Under the pieces are notes generated by a model. The model ran no database searches. It was not told the origin of the DNA and was given only the letters and a program-made list of their open reading frames with translations. Positions 55,405 through 64,000 of a DNA stretch of 64,000 nucleotides are shown here, piece by piece. The position numbers were made by a program, and so were the translations under genes. Source of the DNA: Octopus vulgaris (lineage: Eukaryota); assembly GCA_951406725.2 (NCBI GenBank), contig OX597815.1, positions 83,018,001 through 83,082,000 on the forward strand, written 5' to 3'. How positions within the stretch are numbered: position 1 is the first letter of the stretch; each line of letters starts with the position of its first letter.

Positions 55405-56957
55405 TAAAATGTTACGGCAAAACGATCAGCCACCTTTTATATATGGATGACCTAAAACTATACGCTGCAAATGACAAACAGCTGGAAACACTATTAAAGA
55501 CAGTTCATGGATCTTCCAAAGAAATAGATATGAAATTTGGATTAGAAAAATGCGCCAAAGTAACCATGAAAAGAGGAAAACTAGTTAAGAGTAACAACAT
55601 CACACTAGATAAAACCAATGAAATAAAAGAATTAGACCAAAGCCAAACTTACAAATACTTAGGAATCCATGAACTAGATAAGACACAACACACACAAATG
55701 AAAGAGAAAATAAAAAAAGAATATTATAGACGAGTTAGATCAATACTAAAAACAGAGCTCAATGCTAAAAACAAGATAATAGGTATCAACACTTTAGCTG
55801 TTCCAGTTATAAGTTACAGCTACTATATCCTTAACTGGACACGAAATGAACTGTCCAAAATAGATAGGAAAACAAGAAAAATACTGACAGGATCTAGGAT
55901 GCATCACCCAAAATCTGACATAGAAAGACTATATATACAACGTATAGAAGGTGGTAGAGGCCTTATACATTTTGGGGTTGGTGCTGGTAATTTACATCGA
56001 CCCCAGTACGTGAATGGTACTTATTTTATCGACCCCGAAAAGATAAAGGGGAAAGTCAACCGCGGCGGATTTCGAACTCATGATAAAACGATGGCAAGTA
56101 AAGCCCCTTCATGGCAAATACTGGACTAAGCTAAATGCAAAAGAAATAGATAAAGAAAAATCCTAGCAGTGGTTGAGAAGCTCAGGACTCAAAGCAGAAA
56201 CAGAGGGATTTTATTTGCAGCACAAGACCAAAGCCTCCCCACCAGAAATTACCAAAAACATGTAATGAAAAGAAATATTACAAATAACTGCAGAATATGT
56301 GGAGATGGACAAGAAACAATAACTCATATTATCTCTAGCTGCCCAGTCCTGGCTAAGAAGGAATATATTCACAGACATGACAGAGTTGGAACCTACATAC
56401 ATTGGAAGCTATGCCAACATTATGGAATAACAACAGAAAAAAGATGGTATAGGCACACACCAGAAAAGGTCACAGAAAACGAGAAAGCAACCATACTCTG
56501 GGATATGCCGATACACACAGATAGAGAAATTAGGGCCAACAGACCAGATATAGTTGACAGAGATCATGAAGAAAAAAAATGCTTTCTAATTGATGTATCA
56601 ATACCGGCAGATGACAACGTGTCTCTAAAAGAAATGGAGAAACTCTCAAAATACAAAGACCTGGAAATAGAGGTAACTAGAATGTGGAATCTGAAAACAG
56701 AAACAATTCCTATCCTAGTAGGTGCATTAGGCATGATAAAAAAATATATTCAGACAAATACATAACAAAAACACCAGGACTTACAAACACATATAACATA
56801 CAGAAAATTGCACTACTAGGCACTGCACACATCCTACACAGAACACTTTCCATACAATAACCATCAGAGCATCACAACAAATCACAGCACATACCCAAGG
56901 CACACAGAGCTGCGCTCGGTAGTGAAGTGAAAGCATGCTATAAAAATAAAACTACTG
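55405..56957 (+). mobile_element. R4/Dong-clade LINE (family A): RT C-half, CCHC, REL; interrupted by a SINE piece
   Basis: ISHLLYMDDLKLY, FGLEKC, YKYLG, MHHPKSDIERLY..R..GGRGL, CRICG...HIISSC, NRPDIV; 56140-56957 is nearly identical to 13587-14404. Confidence 0.95.
55969..56080 (-). mobile_element. SINE family 1 fragment inside the family A LINE
   Basis: tacatcgaccccagt...ggtacttattttatcgaccccgaaa...aaagtcaaccgcggcggatttcgaactca matches 4622-4709. Confidence 0.85.
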
Positions 56958-57007
56958 AATAATAATGATAATAATAATAATAATAATGATAATAATAATA
57001 ATAATAA

Positions 57008-57563
57008 ATGCCCTGATGCAATACCAGGCAGTGGCTCTCGTGGCTTCTGATCTTAACTGATTGGAAGTTTTATCAATGTACATTGTTTTGTCTTGGTAAA
57101 AAAGATGGGCTACATCAAATATTCTGCTCAATACCACATATTTGCTTGTCAGTTGTTTTACCTTAACCAGTTGAGCATGTCTCTTAGTAGCTGACGATAG
57201 GTGCATCTCTGATCACGAGCGGAGTAGTGGGGGAGCATCATAGCCATGTGTTGAGAGATATTCTTTGGGGTTTGAATAATTCACCTCTGGAAACATAGGT
57301 GTTTCGTTCAACATCCTTAAACAACCCTTATTCAAGGACCTATTGAGAGGGATGGGTTTCTCGACCAGAAGAAAATTCTAACCGGGCCCCACCTGCAAGG
57401 TCATGTGCTGTTTATCTTGATATGAGATCAGCATGTCGCGCACATGTGGTTGTGATGCATGTGTCTAGTGTATCATTATCAGACGGGTAGTCATGATGAG
57501 TATACTGGGCTTCGTATATTTTACCCCAGTGTCACTTTGATGGCATACACTGCTCTCTCACTC
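57008..57563 (+). mobile_element. Element X, longest copy (~556 bp)
   Basis: Bounded by (TAA)n on both sides; four other copies in the window; no recognisable protein motif or pol III boxes. Confidence 0.9.
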
Positions 57564-57967
57564 AATAATAATGATAATACTTATACTAATAATAATAACA
57601 ACAACAACAACAACAACAATAATAACAATAATAAAATCACTAAGATACTTAAAAAAATTAATTACTAATCTCAAATGTGAGGAAAATCGATAAATCCAAT
57701 ATGTTTGTAACTTTTCCACATAAGATTTATGAAAGGCATAAGGAATTAAGCTGAATACATATAATTACTTACATATTTGTCTAAACATATAAATATTTAC
57801 AGACACATATATATATATATTACAACGAAATTATATCCATACGTAAATTTAGATGGCAACAATGATGTAAAATATACAAAAGTACGTACATAGATACTCA
57901 CCAAGCACCCACACATTCATTCACACACACACTCTCACACACGCACACAAAACACTCACACACACAC

Positions 57968-58012
<45 letters not shown>

Positions 58013-58940
58013 TACATATACGCATGAAAATGCATGCATATGCATGCATAAATATATACATACATAGATACATATATATAAATATATATATATACACATA
58101 CATATTATACGTTGATATTTCGTCTATATTTAAATACATATAAACATATTTGTGTGTCTGTGTGTGTGTGTGTGTGTGTGCGTGTGTGTGTGTATAAGAC
58201 ATATGACTTTACTTCCTTCCGAATTTCCCAGCGAAAGATTTTTCAGTATTACATAACAGTAATGTAATATATGCTAGAAGCAATTAGAAATGAATATGTA
58301 TATATACATATATATGAAATATAACGGTAAAAAGACCAAAGAGGTGAATGCTAAAAAAAAAAAAATCAGCAAATCGAGGAAAAGGATTCAACATATTACT
58401 TGCGCATGCGAAAGAAATCTTTCCCACCGCCCCACATTCTGATCTTTATGGCAAACAATCCTAGCAATTAAGAAAGCCGCTGGCGTTGTATTTTGACTTA
58501 ATTTCGCTAAAACCTGATTTGCTGAATTTTTTGTTCCACCATTTTGTTTGGTTTTCTTTTTAATGTTTGTTGTTCGTATCGTTACTGTTGCTGGTTGTCG
58601 TATGTCTTGTGATTCGAAATTCTGCTTTTGTAGTATATGTCGTATTTGCTGCTACGTTTTGTTAAATAAACATGCTATTGTGTTGAAAAAAATAAAATTA
58701 ACTGGAATCATCTTCCAATACTTTATATGTGTGTGTGTGTGTGCGTGTGTGTTTGTGTATGTATGTGTGAGTGTTGCATAATATATACTAAGTCAACCAG
58801 CTAACTTTCACGCCTTATATGTATCTCCGGATAATATCAACCACATTTATCCTTAAACTCATCATACAAGCGTAAATATATATAGAAAATATAATAGACA
58901 AATACACTGTATATGTTCATATTATATTATATTATATATA

Positions 58941-58987
<47 letters not shown>

Positions 58988-59199
58988 CACAAATAAGAAA
59001 ATGGAGGAACAAATTCATTTCGATCAACAACTTACAGATATTAAAATTTCATATTATTATTATTACCATTACAATAAATGAATTAATTGCATTGCAATTA
59101 TAAGCATTTATGTATTTGGTATTTGGGTACTTCACCAGCAGTATATTGGATAAACTGATATCCCATAGTGGGTTACCCTTATAACCCCTATCATACTTT

Positions 59200-59240
<41 letters not shown>

Positions 59241-59944
59241 GTGTGTGTGTGTGCGTGTATATATATATATATATATATGTGCATACATATATGCATATCT
59301 TGAAGATGACTGTAACTTGATTTCGAGCAACGCTCCAGCTTCGTTGCTCTGTTAACCATGAGAAGCATAAATATGACTTTTCTTTCTTGTCAGTAACTTA
59401 GTGCCTTTTGCTCATACATAGTAATGATGGGCATATCTTGCAGTGGTGTGAATCGTGAAGGACATGTTTCGTTCGTGTACAAGCCTCACGAGTGCAAATT
59501 TGCCGGAGAACATCTACAACAGAAAATGTCAAGACAACGTTCTTAACAACAGAAACAACAACCATACCAACGGCAACCAGAATACCAACAGCTCCATCAA
59601 CAGCATCACCAACAGCAATAGCAACAAAAGCGGCAGCAATAATAACAACAGCAGCAATAAGAATAATGACGGTGACAAACTAAATGGTCTAGGCTACAGC
59701 ATGGGGGGTTAGGCTACTCTATGGTAAGGGATTCGTTTACAGAAATAAATGCGAAATCAGCACTATAATTCTCACTCACCCTATTCCACAAAGAAGCACT
59801 CTAGAAGCAGGCAAGATAGCTTGTGAAGTCAAGTGAGAGCAACACACAAGTTGTCATCTCAAACATGGTTTGGGCAGCACCTGCCCAGCAGACATTTCTG
59901 TATTGCTTCATTCCGGTTGAAATACGACTACTAGGAGCAAGTAC

Positions 59945-60145
59945 GACTACCTTGGGCAAGTGTCTTCTACCATAGCCATGAGAGTGATTTGGTAGACGGA
60001 AACTGAAAGAAGCCCCTAGTGTATGTATATACGTATACTTATATGTATATATGTATGTGTGTGTTTGTTATTTGTGACTGTGTTTGTCCTACCAACATCG
60101 CTTGACAATCGATGTTGGTGTGTTTACCTCCCCGCCACTTAGTGG
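59945..60145 (+). mobile_element. SINE family 2, middle fragment
   Basis: ccttgggcaagtgtcttctac...ggtagacggaaactgaaagaagc...caacatcgcttgacaa. Confidence 0.85.
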
Positions 60146-60290
60146 AATTTTGTTTTTGCCCATGTTGATAAATTGTTTATAATTTTCACCTTTATTGGTA
60201 TTTTAATATGCTGCCACTTTAATGAAATTTTTTTGAAAAAATTTAATCCTATATTATATATACATACATAAATACACACATGCACACACG

Positions 60291-60328
<38 letters not shown>

Positions 60329-60846
60329 AAAGATAAACTTACTTGGAAATGGATGCGCGGCGTTCGATCATATAAATAATATATATATATATATATGCAT
60401 ATATAAACACATATATGTACATACTTTCTTATATATGTATATACATATGCATGTTTAAGTACAGGACGTCATAAAACATATACAACATGAAATACGAAAT
60501 CCGAAAACATGGATTACAAACTTTTGTTGCCTACAACGAAAGCAACAAATGGAAGACAAGACAAGTAACAAAAATAATGACCCTTCATCAGTTGTCGGCT
60601 ACTTTATCTATTCCACATTTCGAGCAATTAGGACAAGATGTGTCTTAGAGAAACAGTTACTCCCGGAAATCAAAATTAAATTTGGGATTTGCGGAGGGTC
60701 AAAATTGGTAACAAAAACAGGACAGTGAAAACAAACAGCAAGGGCTGCTAAGCCATAACGGGATGAGGTGGCAAATGCTGGAGGAACAAGTTTTCACAGG
60801 AGAAAAGATAGGAGAAAATACACACACACTCATATATGTATATATA

Positions 60847-60922
<76 letters not shown>

Positions 60923-60924
<2 letters not shown>

Positions 60925-61193
60925 GTGGCGCAATGGCCCAGTGGTTAGGATCGCGGTTTCGATTCCCAGACCGGGCGTTGTGAGTGTTTATTGAGCGAAA
61001 ACACTTGAAGCTCCACGAGCCGTGGTGACGATCCCTGCTGTACTCCTTCGCCACAACTTTCTCTCACTCTTTCTTCTGTTGGCCTGCTCGCTTAGCCAGC
61101 GGGGTGGCGTCATTTGAAGGCTAAAACAGTGCGAAGCGCATTGTGACCAGCGATGTGTAGCAACATCTGATAGCCTGGTCGGTCACGGTGACG

Positions 61194-61197
<4 letters not shown>
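60923..61197 (+). mobile_element. SINE family 3, tRNA-headed copy inside (TA)n
   Basis: A-box TGGCCCAGTGG, B-box GGTTTCGATTCC, 3' stem gtgacc/ggtcac; (TA)n on both sides. Confidence 0.85.
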
Positions 61198-61230
<33 letters not shown>

Positions 61231-61358
61231 GTTTAAATGCATGTGCAATAAAATGAAACAAAGAACTACGTATTTATTTCATGCAATCAAAGAATTTGAG
61301 TGCTGAATCTAAGATAAACAGATTTACGAAATATTTTTGAACTACAACAAATGAAAAG

Positions 61359-61500
<142 letters not shown>

Positions 61501-62447
61501 TTTTGCGAGGTCGTAGTGTAAATCTTACATGAACCACTTTTCGTCGCCTTTTATGATAAGTAGGGGAAACGTCGGGTTTATTTTGGGACTTGCCGGTTCT
61601 CACACAGTATTAGAGTAGCGTTCTATTGAGGAACACAGATGCCAGATCCGGGAAACGAACCTACGATCTGGTGATCGGATGTGCAAACACACTAACCAGA
61701 GTCACACGCCTTCCCAAAAGAATAATGAGGAAATGTAATATAAACTGTCAAAAGATTGGTTATGCTAAGTAGATTTCTGTATAGAAGTGATAATGTCTAA
61801 GATATAATTGCTAATGTATACTTGTCTTATAAAACAATTTTGATTTAATCTGCTGGAAAATGTCGTAATACAAAACTGCTAGACATACATTATTGATGAT
61901 ATCAAATGTCAATAGTTTAAGATTTGATGGTCTAAGAACAAGACCTGTTTTATTATCTCAGAGAAATCCTGCAAAAGACGGTTCGAGTAAAAATAAATCA
62001 GCATTGCAGTTTGACCGAAGACAGGGAAAAATAATGGTTTTGAAACAAGGATAAACATCGAATTCTAAACTATCAATAATAACCTACCTTGAATTTGACT
62101 GCCATCATAAAGAATTGTAACTTTGAGAGTTGAGTATTTGGATTTGTATCAAATGTCAAATGTTGCAGACAGCATTCACATATATAAATATTTAATATAC
62201 TCATTATATTCATGCTGAACAAGAACATAATTCGCTTGCTATATTTTGCTATTTATTTCAAAATCAAGAGAATGCAGAATTTATGCCTGATGTCATACAT
62301 TTAGTGTTAGATATTTTCATGTCCCAGCGTTCCAGCGATGCTTTAAAAAGTAACAAGTTCGCATTGATTTATATACTGTAAGTGACTTAATTATTATTAC
62401 ATTTGTCTTTCACCTGAAGACAATTCCACAGTGAAACAAGAGATTAA

Positions 62448-62858
62448 TATTGGTTTCAAATCGACGTAACTTCTCCTCTCAGAGGAGGTGGTAAATCGAT
62501 TATATCGACCCCAGCGTTCCACCGGTACTCATTTCATCGACGCCGAAATGATGAAGTGTAAAGTTGGACCCGATAGCATTTGAACTCAAAACGTGATGGA
62601 TGAATTGATTTCAAATTGGCCTCGAACTTCGGTACAAGGCCGGTTACTTCGTTGGAGTTGCCCAAATGGTATCTTATCGACACCCCCACCCCGAAAGGAT
62701 GAGAAATAAAGGCGACCTCGGTAAAATTTGAACTCAGAACTTAAAGAGTGTCGAAATACAGTTAGTCATTTTGTCCGTCTTTGCGTTGTGAGTTCAAATT
62801 CTGTCGTTTCTGACTTTCGGAGATCGATAAAATAATTACCAGCCAAGTACTGGAGTCA
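62448..62858. mobile_element. Cluster of SINE family 1 fragments (two on minus, one on plus)
   Basis: atcgaccccag, ccgaaaggatg and atttgaactca blocks, then gagttcaaattc on the plus strand. Confidence 0.7.
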
Positions 62859-62859
62859 T

Positions 62860-63794
62860 TACTGCGATATTGGTTCCCGGCCAGATGTTTTTACATGTTG
62901 GAAAACAGGTGATAGTAAAATGGGGCCAATCGAAGAGAATAGGGAGAGCGGAAGCACAATCATACACAGTAGTCATTGAAACCAAAGACTTGTGGGTTAT
63001 AGCATAGTCCTCATCAAACAAAATCCCATTTGTCAGTTTCCTTGAACGTTTGGTCATGATAGCCTTTCGTAACTGCTTCAGTAACTTGGCATAATACTCT
63101 CCACTGAGGGTGTGATCCTTTTGAAGAGAATCAATAAGCACGATGCATTGTGCATCCCCCCAAATTGAGGTGATCTCCTTCTTTGCAATTGAAATAATCT
63201 GGCCTTGTTTGGAGCAGACGAAGGGGAGTGTTTCCACCGCATGGATTGTCTCTTCGACTCTGGCTCAAAGTGATGAACCCAACACTCATCCTAGGCTAGG
63301 AAGCATTCAAGGGCGTCAGCTTTATTTGCCCGAAGCAATGTCAGATTTTTCCTGTGTTGTGATCAGCCTATTAAACTTTAGATCCACCTTCATGTGGTTT
63401 ACACGATTAATGTTTACCCGGGTGGTAGCAGTTGCAAAACATCCAGATGTTTGGTCATCTTCAACACTAACTCTCCTAAAATCCCCTACTCCCTTTCACA
63501 CGGCTGGAGCGTCATGCTCTAATGTGGCAACCATGTCAGTTTGAATGTTGTTGGAGGTTAAACCCTTTTGCTGCAGGTACTTTATAACATACAAGGCTGA
63601 ATGTTGTCGCTTTTCAAGAGAAATCACTACTAATTACTTTTCAGGTCTTCTTTGACCACTCAAATGTCAGTTTATCTGAAAAGAAACAATACAATTATTA
63701 ATAAGATGTGTTAAAATATACGCATGCAAGATTTTCACAAGTCTAGCGTCTCACTTTCAAAGTCAGCCTACGAAATTTTCAGCCGCCTATCGTA
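62860..63794 (-). mobile_element. Mariner element, decayed, with 5' TIR
   Basis: ORF 62836-63237 IWGDAQCIVLIDSLQKDHTLSGEYYAKLLKQLRKAI...GILFDEDYAITH fits the mariner catalytic domain; rc of 63762-63794 is tacgataggcggctgaaaatttcgtaggctgac (TA plus TIR-like). Confidence 0.88.
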
Positions 63795-64000
63795 ATGGCA
63801 GATTTGGAATCTCTGAATGAAGACAAGTTACCGAGTTTGATATTCGCTCAGTAGTATGTGAACATGCACGGTAGGTTAGTCACTTCACGATAAAAGGACA
63901 CAAAACTGCTCAACTTTTTGTTTAGAGAAAGACAGGATGAGCTTCACAGCGAGGAGAATTCATATTAAATATGATGGGAAATATTGAGGATTATAAAATT

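Noticed and set aside
59455-59712. Asn/Ser-rich or Thr/Ala-rich ORF as a host exon
   Set aside because: Explained by decayed (AAC/AGC)n or an old LINE ORF1 tail; no splice-supported gene model.
60575-60605. Minus-strand CTGATGAAGGG hammerhead-like core in a probable dispersed repeat
   Set aside because: No matching GAAA/stem III could be located.
60927-60975. tRNA gene
   Set aside because: The A/B boxes belong to a SINE head; no complete cloverleaf.

Overview
Eukaryotic, AT-rich, microsatellite-dense intergenic or intronic DNA. The repeat repertoire resembles an octopus/cephalopod genome (my inference, no database check). I could not support any intact host protein-coding gene, rRNA, tRNA gene or CRISPR array; almost all ORF-track entries are translations of (TA)n, (CA)n, (TAA)n or (GAT)n repeats. 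The window is mostly mobile DNA. (1) Chains of co-oriented, 5'-truncated R4/Dong-clade non-LTR retrotransposons from about 7 families are each bounded by (TAA)n (11.5-16.3 kb, 31 kb, 52.4-57.6 kb). A ~560 bp non-coding element shares that target, and five of the families share a ~29 nt 3' stem with compensatory changes. (2) Penelope-like elements sit in (TA)n/(CA)n tracts, with a GIY-YIG fragment, fold-back inversions and minimal hammerhead motifs; a perfect 100 bp palindrome lies beside them. (3) There are three tRNA-type SINE families, one sharing its 3' tail with a CR1/L2-like LINE. (4) There are decayed mariner, pogo-like, hAT-MITE and L1/Tx1-like elements. (5) An old ~2.6 kb inverted repeat at 6.9-9.4 kb has an internal ~170 bp period and is unexplained. 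Family letters A-G and X are my own labels; identities are by-eye estimates.
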